Notes under the pieces: generated by a model
What the model was told of the DNA's origin: nothing
Seen by the model: only the letters and a program-made list of their open reading frames with translations
Database searches by the model: none
Made by a program: the position numbers and the translations under genes
Part shown: positions 12,167 to 26,154 of the stretch, in pieces
How the letters are laid out: every line of letters begins with the position of its first letter
Position numbering within the stretch: position 1 is the stretch's first letter
Assembly (NCBI GenBank): GCA_001179505.1
Contig: CDMY01000515.1
Coordinates: 1-61,175, forward strand
Length of the DNA: 61,175 nucleotides
Reading direction: 5' to 3'
From: Vitrella brassicaformis CCMP3155
Lineage: Eukaryota; Protista; Chromerida

Positions 12167-14320
12167 GGAGGGGCCTGTGTGAGGTGTGGGTACGACAGGA
12201 CGCTGGCTGTATTTATGCCAGTCAGTCTGCCAGTCACGTGATTTTTCCTTCCTGTACTCGTGTCCCTCCCGTGACTGATGGATGGATGCCATCACTGGAG
12301 CATCGTCTTGATTGATTGTTGCCTCTGGCTCCACGATGGATGTGATTTCTCTGCTGTGTATGTCATGCACTTGGTGCTTAAACAAGCCCATGCGCACTAC
12401 TCAATCAGAGGCAGCGATGGGATGGGTTGTGGGTCGTGGGTTGTCGGATCCTGTGTCTCTTGTGTGTGCACGTGTGGGCGGTGTGTGTGCGTGTGTTACG
12501 GATTCAATCGCCCGCGTTGAATGGATTGTGATCGCTGTGAATGGATTGTGGCCCTGTACCGAGGCTTGCTTTGCTGGCAAGACATTCTTCTCAGCCGATG
12601 AGTTGGATGTGCTGCATGTGGTGTGCGCATTCGTGTCCGTTTACGTGAGGGTCCTGCTCTGCTCTGTACATGCCGTGTCGTTACTGGTAGGAAGGGATGC
12701 CTATCGGTGTGATTCATGTCATTCATGTGTCTCTGGCTCTCACGCCGCCTGGTGCTGTGTTGATGACGTGAGGTGGGTGATTGCATCACGTGCGGGCAAA
12801 CACTGTCAACCGAGACTGTCGACATGAAGCTGTCAATTTGTATCGGGAATCTCGTCAGCTGCGCATCTGATTCTGCACACTGTGTCACGGCATTGAGTCA
12901 TGCAATTCCGTATGAACGTCCACTACAGCCATTCCCAGCCATCAGTGCACGACACGTGTCAGGGGTCCATCATCCACAGACTCCAGACGTAGTGGCCATG
13001 GCCGCATCAAGTGCCACGGCCCCCACATCCGGTTCCCAAGGTGGATGGCACCAAAAGCCACGCTTCGACGCACCCGACGCGCACACATATCCGTCATGCA
13101 CGCACGCATCCACCATCGTCCCCCAGGCAGCGGGCAGGTACTCTTACACGAGCAGTCAGCACCCACCACTCCATCAGGTCCGTCTCGTATGCATCCGCAT
13201 GCGCAAAAAACGATTTCACACACCAAGCGCACAAACCTTCCCCCTGGCAGCCGAAGCGTAGTTGCAGCGGCACCGGCAACAACGCCACAGGCACACGTGA
13301 GCGCCTGTGGTACAGTCGTCGGGGCAACTGTGGCTACACTTCAGACAGGCAGGGGAGAAAGATCTCAAAGCGCAGCCATGGTTGGCAAGAACACCCCACC
13401 GCACATCATGTCCTCTACTCCATCGAGCATGCCATCCCATGGATGTTTAGATATGCTGGCCACCACACACACTCACACCTTGGCAGCGCCACCCAGCACC
13501 CACACACACGTGTACCTGGCGTGCAGGGTGGCTGAAATGAGAGCGTGTTTAGCTAACTGAGGTAGAGATGAAGAGCGAAAGAGAGCGAGAGAGAGCGAGA
13601 GGAGAGAGAGAGAGAAGGGTCATTGTCATTGTGAGGGGGGCGGGGCGGGAAAAAACGAAACGACAAGGAAACACACCCGTCGTGTCGTGAAGGCAGTGTA
13701 CATGTACATAAATCCGGTCGAGAGAGATGGCGAGAGGAACCAACACCCCACCAATGAATTACAAAATTGCCTCTGTCCTGTCTGTATGTCAGCTGTCTGG
13801 GCGAAAACGCCACACTGTGGCAGTCAGTGAATGCAGGCAGGCAGGCAAAAAGCGTGCGTCAATGTGTTGTGGATGGATGGATGGATGGATGGACGAAAAA
13901 AGCCAAACAGGCATACCATATCATGCTGTTCACTCACTGCTTCCCCCCGCCCCCGCACACATGGCGTCCAACGAATCAATCAATCAGTGAGCGCACACAA
14001 ACAGTGTGTGTGTGGTTGTGAGAGAGACGCAAAAACGAAATATATATGCAGTCAATGCATCATATGCGACGGCTGGCACCGTCTTAGAGCCCCTGTAAAA
14101 CAACCCCCCTCGTCGCTGTTGAATGGATGGACGCATTCCCACGCACACGCAGACCACATGGGGGCACCCAGGAAGACACACGCAGGCAGGCAGGCGGGCA
14201 GAAACAAACGACACAGCCCTCCACTGAGGCACCATGTCAACCCCCACCCAATGAAACCCGCGAGCAACCAACCAACAAAACCGCCAAAACCATCTATCAG
14301 TCAGTCGATGGAGCGAGCAT

Positions 14321-15738
14321 CTAGCGCCTGCCGCCGCCAACGACTGCCCCTCCGCCCTCAGCCCCACCGCCGAAGACGTCCGTATTGCCGACAGGCGACT
14401 CGAAGTCCTCAGCCTCACGCGGGTCGACCAGCGCGCCCGTCGCGGGGTCCTGACCAGTCGTGGATGGCGCCGCGGCCTCTGATCAATGATCAGACCATCA
14501 TATACACACAGGCAGACAGATGAACGGGCGCGGGATGGTATGATGGCTGGCTGGCTGGCTGTGTGGCCTTCGATCACAAATGTCTGACCTTCAGCAGGAG
14601 GTGCGGTGGTGGCGAGTTCATTGAATCCCGGGATGACGGGCACTCCCTCAACGGCCGGGGCAGCGGGAGCTGCCGCGGGGTCCGTGGCCACTGGGACAGC
14701 AGCAGGGTCCGCGGCGACCGGGGCGGGAGCAGCCTCGGCCGGGGCAGCCGCCGGTGTGCCGTCAACTGAATACCACAAAGAGAGAATGAAGAAAAGACAC
14801 CGATGGCTATCCATGCAGGAACTGCCCCCCCATTCCCCAGTTGTTCGGTTGGCTCACCCTGCATGCGCCGCCTCTCGGATCCCTCCACGGGGGGTGGCAA
14901 GACGGCCGACCCGGTCTCGGCGGTCTCCGCTTCTGCTGGCGGAGCAGTGGTGGCCTCAGGGACAGCCTGCTCAAGCGACACGCCGGGGCCCGCCTCGCTC
15001 GCCCCGGGGGAGACATCCATGCCTTGTTCGGACGCCTCCTCGCCGATAGTTGCCTCGGTCGTGGTGCCCTCGGCGTCTGATGAAAGGGAAAGACGAAAAG
15101 AAGGAAAGCTCTGTAAGAAGGAAAGCTCTGTCTGTGTGTTGTTGGACGTGGTGTGTTGTGGCTCACTCAGCAACGAGCGGAGGAGAGACCCTGACGCATC
15201 ACACACGAGACAAGACAGCACACGCAGCAAGCAAGCATACATGCAGGTCGCCATGTGAGACTGAGAATCCACCCCTCCCCTCCCCGCCTCTTGTCCCACT
15301 CACTTCGTCGCGTGCCATCGGTGCCTGAGGGGTCTTCCACGGGCGGCAGCTCCATTTCCTCCACCTCAGTCATGTTTTGGCCCTCGGGGATGGTGCCGTT
15401 GAGGGCTGCCTCGGCCGCAGGGTCCATCACTGTCTCGTCGGCAGGAGCCTGCTCTGCCGGGGCAGCCTCAGCTGTTGCAGGCGGCGAGATGCCCAGCTCT
15501 GACTGCATGCGACGCAGCGACACATCTGACAGAACACCACCACAACACACACGACACACACGATGGCCGTCACGCCCAGATCTCCCCCCGCCCACGCGCA
15601 TGTGAGCCCTCTGTTACGCTGTGTGCATGCATCGCAATGCGCGGGTGCTGCATCGTCTGTGTGGGTGTTCGTACCTGCGGCACTGCACGACAAAAGGCCG
15701 ATGGCCACAAGGATGACGGCAGACAGGGAGGCGGTCAT
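14321..15738 (-). CDS. Secreted Ala/Pro/Glu/Thr-rich mucin-like protein
   Basis: Signal peptide MTASLSAVILVAIGLLSCSAA followed by acidic low-complexity exons (PAAAPAEAAPAP, ATTAPPAEAE). The last exon ends GGGRR at stop 14321-14323. Confidence 0.7.
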
Positions 15739-16064
15739 GCTTGATGCTTGACACAGACAGACAGGCAGGGAGTAGGGAAGATGCAGGACAGGCAAGGTGC
15801 GATTGTACGGACGAAAACTCAATGCGATAAGGCCAGAAGGGGCGTGGGAAGCGATGCGATCCAACCCGCCCCAACGGACACGCGCGGCGCGCAACTGAGG
15901 CCTCTCGCAACGGACACTTGCCAAAATCCCCTTGCCCTTTTGCCCCAGATCTCGGTTTCACTCGTAATTACACAAGACTTGTCCAAACTACTCCACATGC
16001 AGCACTTTTCGTTGCCACGCCTCGCATCTAAGCTCGCACCTCCGGCGTAAATTTGCGCCAGGAG

Positions 16065-19000
16065 ATGGCGGCAGAGGGTGGTGGCGATTCTGCCACGGAT
16101 GTGCAGTGGCACAGCTCGCCCACCGGTGAGCTGCTCGACAAGGGCGGAGAGATCATACTCACCAACAGGTGCGTCGCACACGGGATGGAGAGATCTATGC
16201 CTTCCCTTCATTTCTCTCTCTCTGTCGGTCAGTTCGCTGTACCTGAGCGACTTCGCTGCGGGCACCCTCACGCCCATCACACCGGGCCCGCCTTCATCCC
16301 TCGCCGAGCAGCCCATCTTCACCGCACAAGCGGCGGCCCAGAAGGGCATCAAAGCCATCGCAGTGTTCGCCGGCAATGGTGGCGGTGGTGGCGGTGACGA
16401 TGGCGACGGCGGCTCGTCACACCCGCTGGTGTGTGTGGGTGATGGGAAGGGCGAGGTGTGGGTGCACCGATACTCTGACGGCGTGTACAAGGCCGAGAGC
16501 CTCGTCTGCAGGTGGGTGGTGGGTGGTGGGTGGATGGCCTGGATGGGTGGATGTGTTGTGTTGTGCTGTGCTGTCTTGTGTTGTCTTGTATTGCGTTTCG
16601 TGTGACAGGACGGCTGGCGAGATCCGCTATGTGTCGTTTTGCGACCTGCAGGAGGGTGAGGATGGCGTGAGGGGCCTCAAGGTCGGCTGCTGCGTGGACC
16701 TCGGCACCGTCATTCTATTCGACGTCAACACCAAGAAAAGATTCGAATGCGGGTGCGTGGGTGGGAGACAATACTCGCCCGCGTGGGTGCGCGTATGTGT
16801 GTGTGGATGTATGTGTAGGCCGGTGGAGGGTGCGTGTAGTTTGGCGGTTGACCCACGTGGCGAGTTCTTAGCTGTAGCATCCGCCGACGGGCCGATGGTC
16901 ATCTATGAGATCAGAAACTTCGCGGAGGACGTACGTGTGTGGGTTGGGTGGACGAGGGCCACATTCCTGTGGATATGGGCGTGAGTGTATGGTGTGGCGT
17001 GCAGGCTACGGGTGCGGAGGATTTCTCGGGCAAGGACTACTTCCACAAGACAGCGGTCACTTGCACCAACCGACTCCTGATGGCATGGTCACCACACGTC
17101 ACACACGCACACAACACACACAACACACACAACACACACAACACACACATGCATTGCCGGGTGTGGTGTGTGTGCAGGCACCCGAAGGCGGATTTCCTGG
17201 TTGTGTCAGGTATCTCCTACGCAATGTGTACACACACACGGACGGGCGCATTATCTGTGTGGCAGGCGAGCGGTACCCCCGTCCGGTGACCCGCGACTCG
17301 TGGCTCATCAGCGAAGACCTCCAAAAACACACCAAGCACACAGACGTACGCCTGCACAACAGCACGACACACATGGGAATGTGTACACACGGCTGCGGTG
17401 TGGTGTGTTGCACAGGCGGTGCATTTCCTGTGCTGGGACGCCGAAGGGTCCATTTTGGTGTCCGGCGGGGCGGACCACTCTGTCATGATATGGCGGTGCG
17501 AAGCCGAGAACAACATATACCCCATACACACATTCCCAGGTCCGTGTCACAGACAGTCATAGACACACGCCTATAGCCAGGGTATCTCTGTCTGTCTATC
17601 TGTTTGTCTGTCTGTCTGCATGTGGGCGTTCAGTTGGCGTGTCTGGCGGATTCCATTTGATTAGTATGTCGTGTGCCGAAGCCTTCACAGATGCGGTCTG
17701 TCGGTAGAGAGACTGAGAAAGACCTACAAATCAGTAACAAGTGCAGGTGGATGTCTATGGGTCACATCGCTCAGGGCGGTGACGAGTTGCTGCAGGAGCG
17801 CAAGGCGCTCAGGATCGGCCTGCTCAGACGAGACGGTTCGCGCACACATTCATGGTCCCCGCCAACACCCACCGCATACGGAAACAAAATGTCTGCAGGT
17901 ACGTGGGCGCTGCCGTGTTTTTCCAAGTCCCTCCTCTACGAGGGCAAACCACCACAGGCAAACACGCACGAATCACCACACAACGCACGCAAACCATTCT
18001 GGCCGCATACTCGTGTGTGTATGTGTGCGTGTGTGTGTGTGTGGGCAGGATAGTGAGGGTCGTGAGGACGGTGGCCGCAAGCAGGCCGGCGGTCTGGACG
18101 GACGCACCGGCGCCAAGGAGAAAGACCGCAGGTAACGTCCTCCAGTCTCCCCACCCACACATCCCTCCCGTCTCTCTCATTTGTGTGCTGATGCCATGCG
18201 TTCGGTGCAGTGTTGGGAAACTGATCGACGATGAAGCCAACGAAGCGGGCGACGAAGAGCCAGACGGCCCGCCCGTCGATTTGGACTTCGACGACCTCGA
18301 CATGGCCGACCCGCCCCCGATGGACGACACCATGGCCGGCGGCGGGCTGGGGGCGTCGTCGACGATGGCTGTAGATGAGGACAAAGTCAAAAAGATCGCC
18401 ATGGACGCCATGTGGTAGGTGTCTGGGGGAAAGGTGCACCAAAAGGGTTCGTTGGATGGATGGATGGGCTGAGCTTGTCAGGGAGACGGGTGCCCCGCAG
18501 GAGGCCTTCATGCCGTGCTCAACGTTGTTCGAAGACGACCTGAGTGAGCGAGCGGGCGCACATGCGCTCACAAATGTCTCTCTCACTCTGTGTGTGTGTG
18601 TGTGTGTGTGTGCAGGCGGTCTGAAGGACGACGCGGACGCCGACCAGATGGCCGTCGATGGCGACAGACGCAGAAGGTGCATCCACACACTGGTGCAGTT
18701 GAGGCATCCCCACATGTCTCTCCCCACCCCTCTCTCAGTCGTTTTCTCTGTTGGAATTCCTTTGGGTGGATTGTGTTGCGTGAGGGAGGCGGCGATGCCC
18801 ATGACGACGGACACATCATCGAAATGAGATTCACGGTGAGCATGGGGCAACACGTGTGTGATGTGTGTGGTGGTAATAATCCGTGGATGCGTGTGTGTGT
18901 GGATGTGTGCAGTTCATGGGTGGCGAGGCCAAGACCAAGATCAAACACGACCCAGACAGAGAGTACTCCCTCGCATCCATCAGTACACAAACACACACAC

Positions 19001-21581
19001 GCAGAGAGAGAGAGAGAGAAAGAGTCCACACCCGTGTGCATGCCTCTGAAGTGGCCCGTGTCCGTGATATGTATGCAGGTGAGCGTGGTGCGGTGTTTGC
19101 CAAGGTTGGGGTGGTGGACCCCTTCGGCGAGCCCGACGCCAACAGAGCCAAAATAGAGTTCTAGTAAGCACAGCCCGTCCAACACGCATCCCACCGCCAC
19201 ACACACGGCCGTGTGTGTCTGCGTTTGTGTGTGTGTGGCAGCCCATATCAGACGTGGCAGTCCGACACCCACTTCCGTCAGAACTGGACATACGCCCTCA
19301 GCAACGACGAACAGATAGACAACGTGGCCGTAGGTGGCGAGTTCGTCGCCGCCATGACAAACATGAGGTAATCCAGCTGAGCGAGCCCCCTGCACACACG
19401 GCCATTTGTGTGCTGGTGGATGTGTGTGTGACAGGTACCTGCGCCTGTTTGATGCGAGCGGCGTGCAGCTGAGCGTGACGTGTCTGGACGGGCCCTGCGT
19501 GTCGTCGGCGGCGTTCGACTCGCTGCTCATGGTCGTCACGCACGCACAGGGGAGCGCATACACGCGGACAAACGAACAGGTGCGTGTTGTGATCCATGCA
19601 TCCACGTGAACACACACCAGCTGGTGTGGCCTGCCTGGTCGTGTGTGCAGTGTCTCGCATTCACTCTGTACGACATCAAGAGCTCTCACATCGTGTCGAA
19701 AGGTACGAATACGCACTCCCACACGAACACATCATCTGTGTGCTCGCTATTCACCCACACCACCCACAGGTCCGGTGTCTCTCTCCCCCGGCAGCCAGCT
19801 GTCATGGATCGCATTCAGTGAGACCGCCGTGCCTCTTACCATGGACACACTAGGTAATGCCCCCTCCCCCCCTTCCCACATATCTTCGATACTCACGTGT
19901 GCGTGTGCGTGTGTGTGCTGCGTGTGGCGTGTAGGCATCGTGCGGGCGTTGCTGCCGTGTTGGTCCGCCCCTGGTGGCAGAATGGACTTCAGCTGGGCGC
20001 CGGTACTCGACTACCGCGCCGAGGGTATACACACACAGAGGCCGAGAGGGGAAGAGAGAGAGAATGAAATGCCGGCTGGGTGTGTGTGTGTTCAGGTCAG
20101 GGGATGACCATCAAGGAGGATGACCCCTGCCAGTGGTGGCCCGTGCAGGCAACGGGAGACGAAGTGAGCACTGCTCAACCCGCCCACATGCATTGCATCA
20201 TCCGCATTCATCGATGTGTATGGATGTCAGGTGTTTGCTGTCCACCCGCCGAGGGGCGTGGCCCGCCCATACCCCCGGCACCCCCTCCCAGGCAACGCCA
20301 CCGTGCCACGCAAACTCGCCATGCCCTTCTGCGGCATGACCAAACAGAGACCCGGCGGCGTGCAGGTCCAGACATACCGATTCACACACATCCACAAGCG
20401 GCGCACATGTGTGTCGTACTTGGCTGGTGTGTGTCTGAAGCAGCGTCAAGCGAAGGACATGTCGCTGGGTGACACAGAGGAGCTCCGATACCGAACGTCA
20501 CTCATGCAGTCACTGCTGGCATACGGTACGCTCCGCCCGCCAAAGCTCCAAGTTGACCGATTCTCCTTCTTTCTGTGCCTACACATTCCCGCAGGTAGCA
20601 ACTTCAGCATCCCGTCGTTCGTGTGCGACCTCTCCGGTGCGTGTGCCGCCGTCGAGAAGGGCAAGGAGTCCCTCGCTGTCACCTTCGCCACACCCCTCGT
20701 GGAGCGACGCCTCAACGCAGAGATCAACGCACAGCAGGTACGTACGCCTGCACGGATGGCATGGTATGGTTGTGGGTGGATGGATGGAGGGCTGTATCAG
20801 AGTTTGGGTCGGCTGATGTCGATGGCCCGAGTGAGGGCTGCCCAGGAGGTCAGGCTCTTCAAGGCGTGCGTCGACACACAACAGGTGCGTTGCATGAAGC
20901 CCGACACACACGCACCCCGTGTTAACACATGGTCTCTCCATGAATGCAGCTGGAGCGTGCCTTAGCCGTGTACAAGAGGATGGACCCCGCTGGCCAGGCC
21001 ATCGCACCCGCAACCAAATACGCCCTCAGCACGCCCAGGCGAGCACCGAGCGGATGGATGGATGGATCCATACATACATACATACACATATGCACCTTCT
21101 CGCCCACATGTGAATGAGTGCGTGTCTGTGTGTGTACAGTGCGTCCCAGCTGGCCCGCGAGATCCGCAAGTACAACGAGGCGCGGGAGGAGCAGATCGCC
21201 AAGATCGCCTCCTCAATCACACAGCAGCAGCCAACACCACTCATATCACCGCCACAGGAAACAGCAGCGGCCGCTGCTGCTCCTGGTGGTGGTGGTGGTG
21301 CCGGAGGGGGCACATTCAAATCCGAGATCAACTCACAAGTAACGACCCCCCTTGCACATACACAGAGGGGGCAGTCATGTCTCTGTGTGTGTGTATGTGT
21401 GCAGGCCAGTAGTGGCGCTGCTGGTAGGGGCGAGCAGCAGCAGCCCGCAGATGGCCGTCCAAATCCGTTCAAGCGCAAGCAGGATGGCACTGCTGGTGGG
21501 AATGATAGCAGAAGAGGCGGGGGAGGGGGAGGGGGAGGGAGAGGGGGCGGCCTAGGGGCGGCCAAGAAGGGACGGTTCTGA
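16065..21581 (+). CDS. CTF4: CTF4/AND-1/WDHD1 replisome adaptor (N-terminal WD40 plus SepB/Mcl1-mid domain)
   Basis: WD40-like N-terminal exons, then AFMPCST, CWNSFGWI, YLRLFDASGVQ, LSWIAFSETAVPLTMDT.GIVRALL, W.PVLD and WWPV, typical of the SepB domain. About 20 GT-AG introns; stop TGA at 21579-21581. Confidence 0.88.
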
Positions 21582-21737
21582 CCTGGTGCATGTAAATACC
21601 TTGAGACAATGTGAAATGAACCGTGCAAGGTGTGGCTGAATGCGATATTTCGAGAAAAATGAGCACACACACACACGCACACAAATGCCCAGATGGAGTC
21701 ACACGTGGACGAGTCAAGGGTCAGTCAATCAATTCAG

Positions 21738-24700
21738 TCACCGTCCCCGCTGCGCGTCTTCCCTTGCCTTTTCCTCTCTATCCCGCATGCACTGTAAGGA
21801 CATACTGGCCCCCATGACTGGTGTACGCCTTCTCTGACGACTGCACAGGTCGCCACGGAGAGCCGCGGTGTTGTTGGGATGGTTGTTGGTGCATTGAGGT
21901 TCGGGTGATGGTGAGAGGGCAGGTTTTGCGAGTGAGAGCAGGGCTGGGTGAGAGGGGTGCCGCGCCACCTGCTTCATGATCCGCTTCATGCGCACCTCAC
22001 GATCCCTGTGTGAATGTGAAAGAGGGTCAGCGCAAGGCCACCTCTCTGTCCATGGCTCCGTTTATGGCTGACTGGCTGGCCGTGCCTTTTTTACCATGCT
22101 TGGTTGAGCGCCTCTCTCTCATAGGCCTTCCACAGCTGCTCGTTGCGAGACAACGATGCCAACTCCTCCTACAAATGCCAACATGTGTCTATGTCTCTCT
22201 CCCCCCTCCCTCTTTCCCTCCCTCTGTGTGTGCCTACATGTGTGGTGGCCAGGAGCTCTTTCTCAAAGAGCTGCTCCTTCGTCCGATCGGACTCACGCAG
22301 CTGACGGTTCACCGCCACCTGTAGACAGGCAAGTGAGAGAAAGAGACAGCACTTCCTGACTGTGTGGATGGTTGGATGGGCGTGTGGGTGGGTGGGTGGG
22401 TGAATGACTGAGTGACCTGGTTGTCCAGTTCCTTTTTGACTTCCAATTTCTTTCGCCTGATGATGTCCCTCATTTCGTCTGGCGGCGGCTCAGACCACTT
22501 GGGGAATTCGTGACACGACGCAGCTGCATCGAATTCGCAAACAGGGGTCCACGTGTCTCCGCAATGAATGTCTCGCGTGTGGGTGTGTGAGCGGTCAGTT
22601 CACATACCCTGTATATACTCATCTTTGTCCCTCTTGGCCCGCTCTCTGTCCCATTTGATCTGGCCCTCCAAATACTCGCGATGCTGCACTCGACACACAA
22701 AGACATGAATAGCCACAGACACCCCTCACGACTGGACTGACCAGTGCCTGTCTGCGTCTCTTGTCCATCTGAGCCCTCTTTTCCTCCTCGTGTGCATGCT
22801 GCAGCCGCTCCTCGTGGATTTCCCGCTCACGCAGCGCCTGAGCCGCCTCCACCTCCAGCTGATGATCCGATCGACGCCCACACGTGCACACATGCACGCG
22901 TATGCCCGCACAATGCATCCACGTATTGGGTGTGTCTCATCCACCATCCACTTGCCTGAGTGACGGCTCGGTCGAGGGCGCCTTCCATCGCAGACACCAC
23001 TCCCTTAGGCGGCGACGCACCACCCCTGGTATGCAGACACAGGCGAGAAAAGTGTTCATCTGCTGTGCTGATGGATGGATGGATGGATGCTGCTTACGAC
23101 TGGAAGGACTGACGTCCCACGGGCACGGGAATGGGTGGCTCCTTGACAGACGGTGTGGGTTCTTCGCGCATCGGCTGCTGCTGAGCTGCTGGTGGGGGGA
23201 CGCACCCAGACGGCATGTCTCTATCTCTGTTGTCACCTCCCTCTCCATCTCCCGATCCAGGAAGGCGCGTGAGTATCTCCGCCCCATCCTTCGAACGCTC
23301 AAACGACCACCGGCCCTCAGCGCTCATCTGAGGCCGCTGACACGTGTCGCCAGTCGGCTGCTCACAGGCAGCAGCAGCAGCAGCAGGGACCTCCTCTGCC
23401 TGCTGGTGCTGCTGGTGCTGCTGGTGCTGATGTCTGTTGGATCGCTGTGTGCCGGTTGCTGTGCGTGAGCGCGTCTGTGTTTGGCCATAGAAGTCGTTTT
23501 TGACTTGTCTGATTGACGGGAGCTGGAAGTCTTTGGACGGCTGGTATGGGTGGGTGGAGGGGGAAGGGATGGGGGTGGCCGACTGAGTGGAGGAGGCTGA
23601 GGGCACCCGACGGTTGTACTGATAGATGGATGAGACGAACACAGGAAAGAATGCAGGTGTGTCGGTGTTGGGAAATGTGTCTCTCGTGTACCTGTGGCTG
23701 GTTGAACACGAATCTGACTCTCCTGCTTGAGGAGATGAGGCGGCCAACTTCGAACGAAATCGACACTATCCCGCCTGACCGACGTCAGGTGCGTGCAACA
23801 AATTGATTACTACAGACTCAGATGACTTGCTTTGCTCACCCCTCGCCATGGCAACGCCTAAGAGAGAGAAAACCAGGGCAGCAGATGAGTCGATCGGCCA
23901 GAGCTCAGCACTTACCCAGCTGCTGCAGCAGAAGCTTCAGGTCGAAAGCCAACGCCTGTTTTGTCAATCCTGCACCAACGCACCTGCTGAGCGTTTATGC
24001 ATTCCTCCCACTGGTCTGTCTATGTCACCTCTGCTGAATCGCAGAGCCATCAGGCTCAAGTTGAGGTCCTGAGACACACGTAAAGTGTTCATTCACACCC
24101 TGCGAACAGATTGGATTCGGTTGCTCCGCTTGCCTCGCATTTGGTGCTGTCTTGAGCACCAAAGGGTCCCCGCGCCCGGACAAACGTCAGGCCGAAGGCC
24201 TGGCAGAAACTCTCACTGCACACATCACCACCAGACCGAAGAATGGGACCACACAACAGGATGACACACAAGTTGTCGGTTGCTTGCACCTGAGGTTGAA
24301 GTTGGGGAAGTAGACAGCGGCCGAGCACTGTGTGCCGCCCGGTGTCTTGGGCACTGCAGCTGGTGGAGGGTGAGTGGCCTCCTCACCTGCACATGTATCC
24401 ACCAGAGACAGACAATGTTGTCTCAGCCGCAAGCCGGACGCGTTTGTCTGTCTACCAGTGTTGGACGCGTGCTGCCTGATCCTCTGCAGCGTCCAACCCA
24501 GGGTCGCAAAGCTGGGGATTCGGACGGTCTGCCTCTGGTGAAAGGCGTGCGAGAGATATCGATTCAGTGTGTCCCATGCCTCCCTCAACTCGGGCACTGC
24601 AAAAGGCAACGCGGTCAACCGACCACCTCATGTGGATATCCCCCCATCCATACCAGGCGAGTAGGGGCCGCCAGCAGTGCTGCCGGCCGTCTGCCGTCCC

Positions 24701-24852
24701 GTCTGCTGGCGGCTGCTTGTCCCAGTCACTGTTGCAATGGCACCCTCTCTGCTCTTCCCTCGCAGCTTCCCTTGCCGCTCGGCGGTCTCCACTATGAGCG
24801 AATTCAGGTTGTAGGCAACCGAAGGAAGCGGCGGATGGCCGGCACGCGACAT
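21738..24852 (-). CDS. CCDC81: CCDC81-like protein (HU-like N-terminal domains, coiled-coil C terminus)
   Basis: AWDTLNRYLSHAFHQRQTVRIPSFATLGW resembles the CCDC81 HU domain; C-terminal exons are E/R/Q/K-rich coiled coil. Exon boundaries are approximate. Confidence 0.62.
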
Positions 24853-25229
24853 CCTGAGATATTGCCGTCTTGTTGGGGGCACGTGGGGGCTTAAGGCTAT
24901 TGAGCTCGCAACGCGCGCACATGTGGAGTCCAACAGAGGAATGGTTGATCGGTGAACGAATGCACGACTCCATCCAGCAGCCGGCTGCAAGGGGGAAAGG
25001 AGACGCTAGGGTTTGGGGCTCAGGGTTGCTTACCCTACACCTGAGTCCCTGCACCTTCTGCGATTCTGGGGGAAGGGAGGGGAAGGGGAGAGAGAAGAGA
25101 GAACGAAGAGAGCGAGAGAGAGAGAGACCATCTTCGCATCATCTTTTTCCGAAAAGTTGCAGATCTGCATTCCATCGGGTACCAATTAACTCCCGCACGC
25201 AGTGCTGTCCTTCGCTCCCTCTGCGTGGC

Positions 25230-26154
25230 ATGATGCTGTTGGGCTTGGCCGTCACGCTCGCCCTCTGTGTCACGGGCAGCAATGCCTTCACGTCGCCCAC
25301 AGACACGACACAGGTGCCCCAGCATGTATGTCTGCACCGCCCGCACACACGCATCATCTCTGTCTGTGTACCTGTTTGTCTGTGTTGCTTTGCTTTGTTG
25401 CAGGTCCGTCGTCTGCAGCCTTTTGGCTCGTCGCTGTCGAAGTCGGAGTATGACGACCTTTGTGGTTTGCTGGGCAACAACACAACGCTCACACTGCTCT
25501 ACAAGTACGCATACACAGACACACAGACACACACATAGGCACACCTGTGCGTGCGCACGAGAGCATCAGCAGTGGCTGTCTGTCCCCTTTGTGTGTGTGA
25601 CATACAGGTCCTCTTCTGCCGGTACTGCATATGGTGATATGCTGGCTTGTGTTGAGAACAAGCCCAACGTGGTGATTGTCATCCGCAACGCCCAGTACGC
25701 GTTCGGCGCCTTCATCAGTGAGGGCATCAGGCTGCCCGCCTTCAATAGCACCACCGGCATGATGCCGAGGTGGCACGGGTACGAGAGTGACGTGTGGTTC
25801 TTCTCCCTGGCGGGCCACTACGAAAATGCGACCAAGATAGAGATCGACCAGCAGAGCCAGGATGTCCTAGTGGCATCTCAGATTTGGGGGAACCCGATGG
25901 CTCCGTGTTTTGGGGGGCTTGTGCCTCGTTATAATGCGAGAGTGGTTGTCGGCAGGGACCTGTCGTTGGGCAGGTCCTTGTCGGGCGGTTGTTGGCCGTT
26001 GAGCACTGACGACATCCGTAAGGGCCGTCAGTCCACCGACGCAAACGATGTGCCTGAGGGCTATATGGGGGTGACGGATGAGAATGGCAATGCTCTGCTG
26101 GGGGGCAGTCGGCAATTCATAGCTGACGAGATAGAGATTTTCGCTGTGAAGTGA
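25230..26154 (+). CDS. Signal-peptide TLDc-domain protein 2
   Basis: Exons 25230-25313 (MMLLGLAVTLALCVTGSNA..), 25404-25504 (LSKSEYDDL..LTLLYK) and 25608-26154 (YAFGAFIS..VWFFSLAGHY..FIADEIEI). Same intron positions and phases as TLDc 1. Confidence 0.88.

Noticed and set aside
12280-13560. Coding-looking stretches such as VEWIVIAVNGLWPC and MAASSATAPTSG
   Set aside because: No recognisable motif and no splice path to a neighbouring gene; insufficient support for a CDS.
21480-21581. HMG box at the CTF4/AND-1 C terminus
   Set aside because: The terminal exons are low-complexity G/Q/K; no HMG pattern is seen, and absence is normal outside animals.
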